Origin: Octopus vulgaris | Taxonomy: Eukaryota | NCBI GenBank assembly: GCA_951406725.2 | Contig: OX597827.1 | Coordinates: 72,106,001-72,170,000 of the forward strand | DNA length: 64,000 bases | Direction of reading: 5' to 3' | Shown: positions 13,801 to 25,512 of the stretch, piece after piece | Layout of the letters: every line of letters begins with the position of its first letter | How positions within the stretch are numbered: position 1 is the first letter of the stretch | Notes under the pieces: generated by a model | Seen by the model: only the letters and a program-made list of their open reading frames with translations | Told to the model about the DNA's origin: nothing | Databases searched by the model: none | Made by a program: the position numbers and the translations under genes

Positions 13801-15272
13801 TGCATATAAGAATGAAGGTAAGAGGGTACTATTGAAGAGTATATCACATATGGTGTTGAGTTTATGAGATAGGTGCAGGAATGTCTGTATAGTTAAGAAT
13901 TTCACTTCTCAGTTATATGGTTTGGAGTTCAAAAGATTTTAATATGTTGTCAGCCTTTCCAAGGGTGAGCAACAATAGAAAAAGCAGACTGGTCAGTATT
14001 ATGTCCCATCTTTTTTACTTGCAGAGATTGGCAGAAGGAGCAGTACCCATGATTGGTGAGTTGTGAGTTTGATTCTGATTCTGTTAACTCATAAATCACT
14101 GGGATCTGCACTTACATAGTATGGACTGTTGAGCACGTTTTATGAGAATGAGACTATCATGCACACATGAAAAACAAAAAATAGTTAAAATATCTTCTTA
14201 GTATATAACGGTGGCAAGTTTTACATCATCTGAAAAGTCATTGGTTGAACTATTAGTCCTCCTGCATTCTGGTGGGTATCGGAGCGTTTAAATGACATTA
14301 GACCGCAAAAAAAAAACACCCATAAATTAAATGCATCTATCTGGGTTACAATCGTGGCCTTTTGACCTGTGCCTGACAACCACAATTGTGGCCCATCATG
14401 CTTTATGTGTTAATATTCTACTTAACCCTTTCTTTACTGTATTTATTTTGAGATGCTCTGTGTTTCTTTCAATTACTTTAAATATAACAAAGAATTTAGT
14501 AAAATAACTTCGTTATCTTTAAGCTAGTGTTAGGAACATAAATTGTGATTAAGGTTTGGTGGAAGATTTTTATTAAAAACTTATGAAAACAAGGTATTTG
14601 TACTCAGAGCCAGAGCTGGTTTCAGCCAGGTTGGTATCAAAAGGGTTAAGCTTCACATTCCCAGGTGGCAAGTCTCTCACCTGAAATGTAACCAGCAGTG
14701 ATGTTTTCTCCAGCAGCAATCTTGTAAAATTGGCATCTTACAGGAACAGAAGGATTGCAAGCTGACAAAGTACCAGCCGTTCTGATAACTGGGGTATTTT
14801 GCTCTAATTAAATCTATAGTAGAAGAAATGTCTGGTGACTTAGGGTCTACCAAACTATTTCCCTACATATTTTGTTTGGGATGGCAACTGCTGTCTCTAT
14901 TTTTCAAGGTAATGGAAACATTTGTGTGACCAACTATAATATATTTCTCAATAAAAAATATTTGATCCACTGTATTTGTTTCGTTGTTTTCCAAACAGGA
15001 CATTTATAGGCACAGACAGGGCTGCGTGAAGTTTACTTCCAAACCACGTGGTTTTGAGATCAGTTCTATTGCATGGTACCTTGGGCATGTGTCCTCTACT
15101 AAAGCCCCAAGCTGACCAAAACTTGCTAGACAATACTTGAAAAAAAAGACTCATGGCGTGAAAGCCTCTTCAAAATAGCTTATGTCTCACATGTGTATAA
15201 GAGTACTTGTAGGATGGTGCTATTGAAGAAACTGCTCAGCTTTGCTTCAGGCACATCATTTGCTGAGGTAAA

Positions 15273-16707
15273 TATGAAATGGTGTCAAAAGTTCCTGTAG
15301 CACACCAACAGATGGCAACACACAGCTGCATGCACAGTGAGAGCTGGCAGTGTTGGAACAAAGAGCCAACAAAGAGCCAACGTGAAATTTGTGTTAAATG
15401 TGGGAAGTCTGCTACAGAGAGACATCGAGCATGCTTTGGCAAGCTTATGGTGATGAGGCAATGGGTTGCACTCAATATTTCATTTGAAAAGTGGAAGAAT
15501 GTCCCTGGATGATGATGAGCCATCTCAAAGGCCTGCCATGAGTGTCATCCCTCAGAAAAGTGGAAAAAATTCATGAGCTTGTGCATGAAAATTGTCGGAG
15601 GATAATCATTGGCATTGCTGATGTCATTAGTCTGTCGTATGGGCACACGCAGACAATCCTAATGTCTGAATTGAATATGCAGCGTGTCTCTGCCAAGTTT
15701 GTCCCCTGCCTGCTGACCACTGAGCAGAAAGAATGTAATGTCAAAGTCTATCAAGATCTGCATCAGCATGCTGCAGACGACCATCCTTTGAGTTGAAGGT
15801 CATCGCTGATGATGAGAGTTAGGTCTATGGGTATGAACCTGAGATGGAGCAGCAGTCATTACAATGTAAGAGCCCTTCATCTCCATGACCAAAGAAGGCA
15901 CGGCAGAACTGCGACTCAACCAAGAGCATGCTCATTGTTTTTTTCTTTGACATCTGTGGTATTGGGCATCAAGAATTCATTCCCCAGGGCTAGACCATCA
16001 ATCAAGAGTTCTACTTATTTCTTTATTGCCCACAAGGGGCTAAACACAGAGAGGACAAACAAGGATAGACAAAGGGATTAAGTCGATTACATCGACCCCA
16101 GTGTGTAACTGGTACTTAATTTATTGACCCCGAAAGGATAAAAGGCAAATTCGACCTTGGCGGAATTTGAACTCAGAACATAACGGCAGATGAAATAACG
16201 CCAAGCATTTCGCCCGGCGTGCTAGCGATTCTGCCAGCTCACCGCCTTAATCAAGAGTTCTACTGCAAAGCTTTAAAGCATTTGCGGGAGGACATTTGGT
16301 GAAAGCAGCCGGATCAGTAGAGGGTGAAGAATAGGTTTTTTCACAATGACAATGCACCTTGTTACTGGGCTCTCCCCACTTGTGAGTTTCTCAGCAAAAA
16401 CAACATAGTATTACTTTGCCAGATTTAGCACCTGTATACTTCCATCTCTTCCCCGAGATGAAAATGCAGCTCAAAGGTCGCTGTTTTAACACTTTTGTCA
16501 AAGTTAAGAGTGAATTGCAAAAGGTCTTCGACTCGCTTATGAAAAACAACTTCCAGTCTGGATTCCAAAAGTAACAGGAATGCTGGGACCGGTGTATTGC
16601 TGCTCAAGGTAAATATTTTGAAGGAGATTATGTTAAAACTTAAGTAAATAAGTTATTTTTTGTTATTAAACATAGTTAGTCTGGGAACCTTTTGATACCA
16701 CCTTGTA
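15273..16707 (+). mobile_element. Decayed mariner transposon interrupted by a SINE
   Basis: Fragments VHENCRR..IADVISLSYG..TILMSELNMQRVSAKFVPCLLT, DDES.VYGYEPE, MLIVFFDICG, FHNDNAP and PDLAP. Degenerate TIRs TATGAAATGGTGTCAAAAGTTCC / GGGAACCTTTTGATACCACCTTGTA. Confidence 0.85.
16016..16248 (-). mobile_element. SINE family B (head AGGCGGCGAGCTGGCAGAA, core GCCTTTCATCCTTTCGGGGTCGATAAATTAAGTACC) with a 16-bp target-site duplication
   Basis: AATCAAGAGTTCTACT flanks it at 16000-16015 and 16249-16264. Other copies at 25279-25509(+), 28433-29010(+), 32200-32590(-), 52855-53080(-), 62275-62700(-). Confidence 0.9.
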
Positions 16708-17787
16708 CCTTCAATCCTGCCCTTATTCTTCTCAAGATTTCTGTATCCACGTCTTGATAATGGTAAGATGGTGGAATAAAATGATTTGGGCCATAAAAGA
16801 ATGGCTTAATCAAGAAAGAATTGCAGCACTATGTGACCAATAGTGTGTGGCAACATCTGATTGTCTGGCTGGGCAGGTAATACAAGAAATGTATACATGG
16901 CGTAGGAGTGGCTGTGTGGTAAGTAGCTTGCTTATGAACCACATGGTGCCAGGTTCAGTCCCACCACGTGGCATCTTGGGCAAGTGTCTTCTACTATAGC
17001 TTCGGGCCAACCAAAGCCTTGTGAGTGAATTTGGTAGACAGAAACTGAAAGAAGCGCGTTTGTAGAGGCGCAATGGCCTAGTGGTTAGGGCAGCGGACTC
17101 GCGGTTTCGATTCTCAGACCGGGCGTTGTGTGTGTTTATTGAGCGAAAACACCTAAAAGCTCTACGAGGCTCCGGCAGGGGGTGGTGATCCCTGCTGTAC
17201 TCTTTCACCACAATGGCGGTGCCCCAGCATGGCCACAGCTCAAGAGCTGAAACTGGAAAAACAAAAACAAAAACAAATATATATAAATATATACATATAT
17301 ATATGCATGTGTGTGTGTTTGTTCCCCAACATTGCTTAACAACCGATGCTGGTGTGTTTACGTCCCTGTAATTTAGCGGTTCGGCAAAAGAGACCGATAG
17401 AATAAGCACTAGGCTTACAAAAAATAAATCCTAGGGTCGATTTGGTTGACTAAAGGCGGTGCTCCAGCATGGCCACAGCCAAATGACTGAAACAAGTAAA
17501 AGAGTAAAAAGAACATGTGTTGTGTGTTTGTGCCTCCTTGTCTTGACATCAGGTGACAGATGTCAATGAGTTTCATGCTCACACAAGAGGTGTTGCTCAT
17601 TTCCAATCTTCTGTGGAAATATACCTGGTCATGGGAAAATATTACCTTGCCTGGAAATAGGTGAGGGTTGGCAACAGGAAAGGGATCCGGTCGTAGAAAA
17701 TCTGTCTCAATAAATTCCGTCTGTGTGATGCAAGCATGGAAAAGAGACCGCTAAAATGATGACCATGAAGCACAAGATTATATAATG

Positions 17788-17856
<69 letters not shown>

Positions 17857-18060
17857 AAATAGAAAGATGAATAATCTTGTAGTAGATTAATCAAAAGTTT
17901 AACCGATACCTTAGTAGCAAAAATCACAGCAGTAAAACAGCACGGTTGGAGGTACAACCATATGGTGTTGCAACCGTGTGTTGGTGCGGATAATTGAAAT
18001 TAGAACATTATTGGTGAATTGAAGAAATGGAGCTGAACGCAGATTGAACAGAAATCGTTT

Positions 18061-18155
18061 TATTTCATTCTACACGTGTTTCGAAAGGCACAAATTACCA
18101 AAATCCGATGGAATAATGGGACCATATTGTGTCTTTCTCTTCAGGAAGAAAATAG
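18061..18155 (-). ncRNA. Mirror-image type I hammerhead ribozyme motif
   Basis: Reverse complement of the 18195-18289 motif within the palindrome; predicted cut between 18071 and 18070. Confidence 0.7.
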
Positions 18156-18194
18156 GAAATCTGTTGGAAAAACATTGTTTTTCCAATGGATTTC

Positions 18195-18289
18195 CTATTT
18201 TCTTCCTGAAGAGAAAGACACAATATGGTCCCATTATTCCATCGGATTTTGGTAATTTGTGCCTTTCGAAACACGTGTAGAATGAAATA
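18195..18289 (+). ncRNA. Type I hammerhead ribozyme motif (long stem II, palindromic stem III)
   Basis: CTGAAGA at 18206-18212; stem II GAAAGACACAA/TTGTGCCTTTC; GAAA at 18268-18271; C-ACGT-G, then TA, with predicted cut after 18279. Stem I (TTTCTTC / GAATGAAA) is imperfect. Confidence 0.7.
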
Positions 18290-18547
18290 AAACGATTTCT
18301 GTTCAATCTGCGTTCAGCTCCATTTCTTCAATTCACCAATAATGTTATATATATATATATATATATATATAAGTAGTTGAATGAATTATCCTATTATGGA
18401 TAATTCGGTTAACCGATACCCGGGTAGCAAATTTACGTCAGAAAGCACGGTTGAAGCTACATGCCAAGGGCAGAAATCACATTATCACTATGGACTCCGT
18501 GTGGGCAGTCATCTAAAAGTTTTTGTTCGTCATGATGCTGACATGAG

Positions 18548-18646
18548 TTCCTTGTCTTTCCTGAGGAGAAGACGGCATAATGCACCCTTTATTCCTTCGG
18601 AATTAAGAATATGCAGTCTTCGAAACATGTGTCGAGAATAAAGGAA
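18548..18646 (+). ncRNA. Type I hammerhead ribozyme motif, family 2
   Basis: CTGAGGA at 18561-18567; stem II GAAGAC-GGCATA/TATGCA-GTCTTC; GAAA at 18622-18625; C-ATGT-G-TC with predicted cut after 18633. Stem I TTCCTT..TTTC / GAGA..AAGGAA. Confidence 0.7.
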
Positions 18647-18675
18647 TTTTGTTAAATCCTCGTTCGACTCCATTC

Positions 18676-18727
<52 letters not shown>

Positions 18728-19049
18728 CTGTATGTGCTCAGAAATCATTCCTAGACTTCTGGAAAACGAAAGAAGCGCTTTCGTTACCTTTTCTTGGAAA
18801 CCGTTATAGATTCATTCACACATAATATCCAAAAGAACGAGAATTCGAAGGGAATAGTAAGTTAATTAAAAACACAAGTGTAAACTTGTGAGAAGTTAAT
18901 AATAATAAAAAACAAAACAAAAAAGAACAAAAATTAAATTGGGTCACCAATGACAGGTGAAAAGAAAAAAAGAATTTTGTTTCGAAATGCAAATGATAGA
19001 TTAAGAGTGTGTGTGTGTGATAGAAGAAATGTGAGAAAGACAGAGTTAG

Positions 19050-19413
19050 GAAGAGGGGGAGGAATAGAGAGGGAGAAAAGGAGAGGAAAAAAGATAGACA
19101 AAGGGAGTTTGAAAGAGAGAGAGAGAGATGGTGGGAGAAAGAGAGAGAGATGGTGGGAGAAAGAGAGAGAGATGGTGGGAGAAAAAAAGAGAGACGGTGG
19201 GAGAGAGAGAGAGAGATGGTGGGAGAAAAAGAGAGAGATGGTGGGAGAAAAAGAGAGAGATGGTGGGAGAAAGAGAGAGATGGTGGGAGAAAGAAAGAGG
19301 TGGTGGGAGAAAGAAAGAGAGAGAGAGGAGATAAAGGGAGAAGATGACAAGATAAGACAGAGAAAGAGAAAGAGAGAGGATGAAGCGAGAGAATGATAGC
19401 AGGAATATAAAAT

Positions 19414-19449
<36 letters not shown>

Positions 19450-19589
19450 AAGTGTCGAGAGAGATTGACACGCAAACGAAACCAGCAAAACCAGACATAG
19501 ATATAAAAAGTGAATGAATTAGAGATGAAGAAAATAAAAGAACGAACGAAAGACTACAAAATCAGCAAAAAAAGAGAAAAGAAATACAT

Positions 19590-19658
<69 letters not shown>

Positions 19659-20180
19659 GGTAAGGAGAGTGAGAAAGGAGAGACAATCAATGATAGCAAG
19701 AAATGAAAAGAGGGAGAGAGGAAGAAAGAGAAAACGAAGAGAGATAGAAGAAAAAGCAAGAGTGAGAGAGGGAGGGTGGAAAGAGAGATAGGGAGAAGGG
19801 AAGAGAGAAGTAAATAGAGAAAAAGATAGAACAAGAGAAGACGAGAGGGGTAAGGAGAAAAAAGAGAAAGACGAAGAGAGAAGCGAGGAATAGAGAAAGG
19901 GAAAGAGAGGAGAAGAGAAAGAGAGAGGAGAAGAGAAAGAGAGAGGAGGAGAAGAGAAAGAGAGAGGAGAAGAGAAAGAGAGAGGAGAAGAGAAAGAGAG
20001 AGGAGAAGAGAAAGAGAGAGGAGCAGAGAAAGAGAGAGGAGAAGAGAAAGAGAGAGGAGGAGAAGAGAAAGAGAGAGGAGGAGAAGAGAAAGAGAGAGGA
20101 GGAGAAGAGAGAGAGAGAGAGAGGAGGAGAAGAGAAAGAGAGAGGAGAAGAGAAAGAGAGTGGAGGAGAAGAGAACGAAT

Positions 20181-20218
<38 letters not shown>

Positions 20219-20550
20219 GAGAAGAGAAAGAGAGTGGAGGAGAAGAGAACGAATGAGAAAGAGAGAGGAGGAGAAGAGAAAGAGAGAGGAGAAGAGAGAG
20301 AGAGAGAAAGGAGGAGAAGAGAGAGAGAGAAGAGAAGAGAAAGAGAGAGGAGGAGAAGAGAGAGGAGGAAAAGAGAGAGGAGGAGAAGAGAGAGGAGGAA
20401 AAGAGAAAGAGAGTGGAGGAGAAGAGAACGAATGAGAAAGAGAGAGGAGGAGAAGAGAAAGAGAGAGGAGGAGAAGAGAAAGAGAGTGGAGGAGAAGAGA
20501 ACGAATGAGAAAGAGAGAGGAGAAGAGAGAGAGAAAGGGGAGCGAAGAAC
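19050..20550 (+). repeat. ~1.5-kb GA-rich polypurine tract with nested GA minisatellites
   Basis: Units such as GAGAGAGATGGTGGGAGAAA (about 19120-19320) and GAGGAGAAGAGAAAGAGA (about 19900-20530); one interrupting (TA)n(GA)n run near 19590-19650. Confidence 0.9.
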
Positions 20551-20559
20551 TAGCGACAT

Positions 20560-20720
20560 GGAAGCCGAAAGCGGAAGTTGTTCCGGTTGCATTCTCCTGC
20601 ACCACTATTCCTACTGCAGCAAGCGAGTTCGGGGGAAAGAAATATTATCCCCCAACTAAAACACCAAGGAGGTGGGCAACAACACTACTACTGAACCTTC
20701 GGATATTTACTGAATATTTT
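20560..20720 (+). promoter_or_regulatory. Candidate promoter / non-coding first exon, possibly of HTT
   Basis: CpG-containing unique sequence right after the GA tract, with ETS-like GCGGAAGT and TTCCGG. The HTT ATG exon starts at a splice acceptor, so an upstream exon should exist. The link between the two is inferred. Confidence 0.35.
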
Positions 20721-23120
20721 TTTTTAAAGAAAGAACCCCCATATACACATTCATATGTAGATAGATAGATTGATTTATCTCTGTGTGTATTTTTTTTATA
20801 GGAAAAAATGAAAAAATTTGTAAATGTCTACAACAGAAGAAATTTGTAACAGAGAAATTTGTAACGCTTCTTCTCTCAAGTTAAAATCCATTTGTGGTGA
20901 AGAGAAAGAAATATATAGGAAGGAAAAAAAATTAAGGCAGAAAATGACATCAAAACAAGGAAATCGAACAGATTGTTTGTTGAACCATTTGTAGAAATTT
21001 CATTGAGAAAAACAAAAAGGAAAGAGAAACTAAAACAACAATAATAATAATAATAAGAAGAAGTAAACGGAATGAAGTGACTGGGATTATTAAAAACAAG
21101 ACGAGCAGACGAAAAGAGGGTAAAAGGAAAAAATATATTAGGGATCTTAGGGAGTAGAATGAACCAAGTGTCTGTAAATATGTGTGGTTGGAAATACTAA
21201 TTAGTAGACCTGTATGTAATAATACGGAATTAATTTTATGATAATTATTAATTAATTAATAAGTGAAACATAGTCTGTGGATGTGTAGGTTTGTTTGTTT
21301 TCTTTTTGAACAAACCCAACCTTGTGTTGTTCTAGGTTAACTTGGCTGGATGTTCACGTAACCCATTTACTGGTGTTTATTTTCTTTTTGCATTTCTTCA
21401 TTCTATATATATTATATTATATTATATTATATTGAGTGGTGACAAGGCTATTTTCTATTGCTTTGCCATTCAAGCACCTTTTCCATTCATGTATATATAT
21501 ATTAACTAACCCCCCCCCCAAGTGGAAAACCAAAAAAAAAAATATAGAAAAAAGAGAACATCAACAGCAAACTGCTCAACAATGTTTAATGAAAACCGGA
21601 TGATGTTTTCCTTCTCTTCATTATTATTACTATATACAGCATTTGCTGGTCTTTTTATCACATATATCTCATTCACTACGTGACTGCAGTGGCCTTCGGC
21701 CACATTTTCACACCACCCGTCTTCTGCAAACTGATATAAATTACAGAAAGAAAATCAGAAAGAACCAGTTTCAAAAGCTAAAGCGAAAGGTTTGTTCTGA
21801 TCTATTTTATTATTATTTATTATTATTATTGTTGTTATTGTTGTTGTTGTATTCAGTGTTCGAATCTTCTTCTTCTGGGGTGTCGATATAAAATAACCAC
21901 AACGCAAGCACTTATATCGAGATGATTGACTGTTGGCCTTCAAAAAAAAAAAAAAACCCCGAAATTCGTGGCCTTATGTCGAAGTTAAGAAATTATTATT
22001 GTAAAATATTTTATAGTGACGTTTTGATGTCCTTCAGGCTGATAAACAAACACAAATTGATGTTGATCGAACATGGTAACATACACACGAACGAACGAGC
22101 ATTAAGGCGATTTAACAGGAAAACGTGAGCATCTAGACAACACCTTTCAGGATTACGTTTAATTTCCTTCCTCTAAGTTCTCTGTGTGTGTGTGTGTATA
22201 TATATGTATTATAACACTGCTTAAAAACTATGCACACTTCGGCTATACCGATTTTTGCCTGTGCTCTAGATTCTGAATTCGATTTCCACCGGTGTCAACT
22301 GTCTATACTTTCATTTTGTTGGGGGTTTGGCAGATGAAGTCAGGGGTTGATTCAACCGACTACTGTCTCCTCACTACAAGGTCTATTACCTTCTATCAAT
22401 ACAACAGCCATCAATAAAATCATGGTGTTACTAGTAACAACTAGAGAGATAATAATAATAATATGTTGTACGAAGGTGAAAGGGCTGTTGTCAGCTGTTT
22501 TCCTCCCCAGTCGAAACACCTCGTAATTTGACAGAAGGGCGGGCGATTGCTAAAACCGTTGAGGGTGTCGGATAAATTGTTTCGCGGGTATGTCTTTCGA
22601 CTGTTTACGCTCTGAGTTCAAATCCGGCCGAGGTCAACTTCGCTGTCCATCCTTTCTGGGTCGATAAAACAAAGTACCCGTCAAGTGCTCGGCGTCTGTA
22701 GTATTTATCTCTTCTCCCAAATTCCACCTCTATTACTTACTAGTAACAATTATTATTGTTTTGCTTGGGGTGTCACTTTGAGAGACAGACAGGAAATCCT
22801 ACCACTTGTGATAATTTCTTTTTTTTTTTTTGAAATGTGCAGCGGCTTTGATATGGGTAACGTGATAGAGCAATTTTGCTCATAGATTTCGAGCCAAGTG
22901 GAAATTATTTAATTTGCCAAGGACAGAATTTCCGAATGCTTTAATCATCTCTGCGTGGCTGGTTTTGAAAGAACCGCATCACGATCTTAGGCTGCATACG
23001 GCTGCCTATATTAATTATATATATATATATATATAATTAATTAAGGGTAGAAATTGATATTAGTCAATTAAAACCAGTGGTCTAGCATATTAAAAAGAAT
23101 CCGAAGATTAAAATATTTTT

Positions 23121-23308
23121 ACATACAAATTAAGGACTGAACACGTAAAGTGGACAGTCAACATGCTAGATATAGACGTCAAATCGCCATTCTCCACAAA
23201 GAGTATGTGCTGAGTTTTATTTGAGAACATACTCTTTGGGGAGAATGGCGATTTGACGTCTATATCTAGCATGTTGACTGTCCACTTTTCGTGTTCAGTC
23301 CATAATTT

Positions 23309-23314
<6 letters not shown>
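23121..23314. repeat. Fold-back element, 88-bp arms with an 18-nt loop
   Basis: Arms 23121-23208 and 23227-23314 are reverse complements with a few mismatches; (TA)n lies nearby on both sides. Confidence 0.85.
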
Positions 23315-23354
<40 letters not shown>

Positions 23355-24278
23355 GCACACATATATATGCGCGCGCGCTGTACTCCAGTTGTTGCGAAGA
23401 AATGGTACGAAACATAGAACACAACGAAAAGCTTTTAGTTATATGTTTTGTGTAATGTTTTATTATTTTACATTTTTTAAAGAAAAAAAAAAGGTTATTG
23501 CTTCATGGTTACTGAAAAGAATTTCGTTATTGAAACATAAATCATAATTATTATTTGATTATGTATAACGCCCACAGTAGGGAATTGTTACCACCGTGAA
23601 AGATGATAGAACGAACCTACTTCCTGGAAAAAAAAAATTTAATGAATTCTTACATTGGCCTAAGGAGATGTTATTTGTAATATAACTCTACTCACTCTCA
23701 CCCAGTGTGTGCATTTTTCTCCCTTTTATTTTGCATATTTTATCGACTTCAACATCCGTCCTAGAAGGGATGGAAGACGATGTCGTCCGTCGTGAGATTC
23801 GAACACGATGCTATAGAAGGACGACGTTTAGTATTATAGATCGTGACCACCTGTACCACTCATCACCTTGATGATGATGATGATGGTGATGATTACAGAA
23901 GATATAATGTACAAATAATAGCAGGAAAAGAAATTAATGTTCATTTGTTGACCCCCTTTTTTTCAATGCAAGATAACCCGTTTTGGGGTTAACATGTTAT
24001 TACATAGTGACATATTCCCACAATCAAGTAGAAAACCACGTTTATATATATACATATATATATATATATATACATACATATATATATATATATATAATAT
24101 GTAGATTGTCTATTTTATGTGTTTCCTCTTGGGGAGTGGCGCTGTTTACTAGGTTTTACAAACACATAATCTTGCACATCTAAACAACTACGAACCAAAG
24201 AAGGAGCTTCTGTTTAGTCCATCGACCGACTCGGTATAACGACCGAATCTCCCCTCAAACCACGCCCTGCTATCGTGG

Positions 24279-24311
<33 letters not shown>

Positions 24312-24664
24312 TATGTAGCCTTATATGTTGTTAAGTTTCTGGTCAGCAAAATTACGGGATGGTCACAGCCGAGGCGCTCTGTGATAAAGTAGGTTCGTTC
24401 GCTCAGAACTAACGTGGAGATAGAATGACATCTGTGCCGTGCGAGATTGTCATTTTTTATTTAAAAGGGTTTGATGAAGGGAATTGGCGGAAGTTTCATT
24501 TAAAATCCCAATATTTGAAAGGTCTGTTGATTGGAAAACTAACAGTCGTAGGTATTATCATATTTTAGCATAGGATAATATCAACACACAGCCTATGAGT
24601 ATATAAATGCATGTGTATGTGTGTTTAATATATCTATCTATTTATCTATCTATCTCCATATTTT

Positions 24665-24710
<46 letters not shown>

Positions 24711-24807
24711 AACAGATGTGTGTATGTATATATACCGACACGTGTATGTATATACATGTATACATACAAAGATACACACAAATATACATACACACTTTCA
24801 TACATAC

Positions 24808-25120
24808 ATTGTCATCATCATCACTTAACGTCCACTTTCCATGCTGGCATGGGTTGGACGGTTTGATTGAGGACTGGCAAACCAGAGGGCTGCACCAGGC
24901 TCCAATCTGATTTGGCAAAATTTCTGCAGTTGGATGCCCTTCTTAACGCCAACCACTCCGAGAGTGTAGTGGGTGCTTCTTACGTGCCACCGGCACGAGT
25001 GCCAGTCGAGTGGTACCTACATTTATATGTATTTGATATGTATGTATATATGTGAAGTCCAACCCATGCCAGCATGGCAAACAGACGTTAAATAATGATG
25101 ACGATGATGATGATGATGAT
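24808..25120 (-). mobile_element. RTE-tail retroposon with (GAT)n end (core CTGGATGCCCTTCCTAACGCCAACC)
   Basis: Same family at about 2150-2540, 30480-31080, 44312-44505, 54620-54890 and 61500-61710. Confidence 0.65.
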
Positions 25121-25278
25121 GTATGGCATAGCCAAATGGTTAAGAAGTTTACTTTCCAAGTATGAGGTTTCCATGCTTAGCATCTTGAGTACATTTGCCC
25201 AAGCCTTAGATTAACAGAAGCTTGTGTGTGTGAAATTGGGCAGACAGAAACTGCTTAGAAGCTGTATTATTTACAATG

Positions 25279-25509
25279 AGGCGGCGAGCTGGCAGAAACG
25301 TTAGCATGCCGGGCGAAATGCTTAGCGGTATTTCGTCTGCGTTACGTTGTGAGTTCGAATTCCGCCGAGGTCGACTTTGCCTTTCATCCTTTCGGGGTCG
25401 ATAAATTAAGTACCAGTTACGCACTGGGGTCGATGTAATCGACTTAATACCTATGTCTGTCCTTGTTTGTCCCCTGTGTGTTTAGCCCCTTGTGGGTAAT
25501 AAAGAAATA
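25279..25509 (+). mobile_element. SINE family B, full length, with target-site duplication
   Basis: (T)GTATTATTTACAATG is duplicated at about 25263-25278 and 25510-25525. Confidence 0.9.
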
Positions 25510-25512
25510 TGT

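Larger units (their letters stand above)
18004..18346. repeat. 343-bp near-perfect palindrome
   Basis: Arms 18004-18174 and 18176-18346 with a 1-nt spacer at 18175 and a 2-nt mismatch near the centre. The ORFs 18044-18280(+) and 18070-18306(-) translate almost identically as a result. Confidence 0.95.

Noticed and set aside
18044-18306. Two near-identical 78-aa ORFs on opposite strands
   Set aside because: A by-product of the palindrome; no recognisable protein, and the starts are non-ATG.
18816-20659. Long ORFs rich in L/S/F or E/R/K
   Set aside because: Translations of the GA/TC low-complexity tract, which has few stop codons.
20568-20659. ATG at about 20568 (MEAESGSCSGC...) as the HTT start
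   Set aside because: No similarity to HTT; the true N17 is at 34335. At most a uORF.
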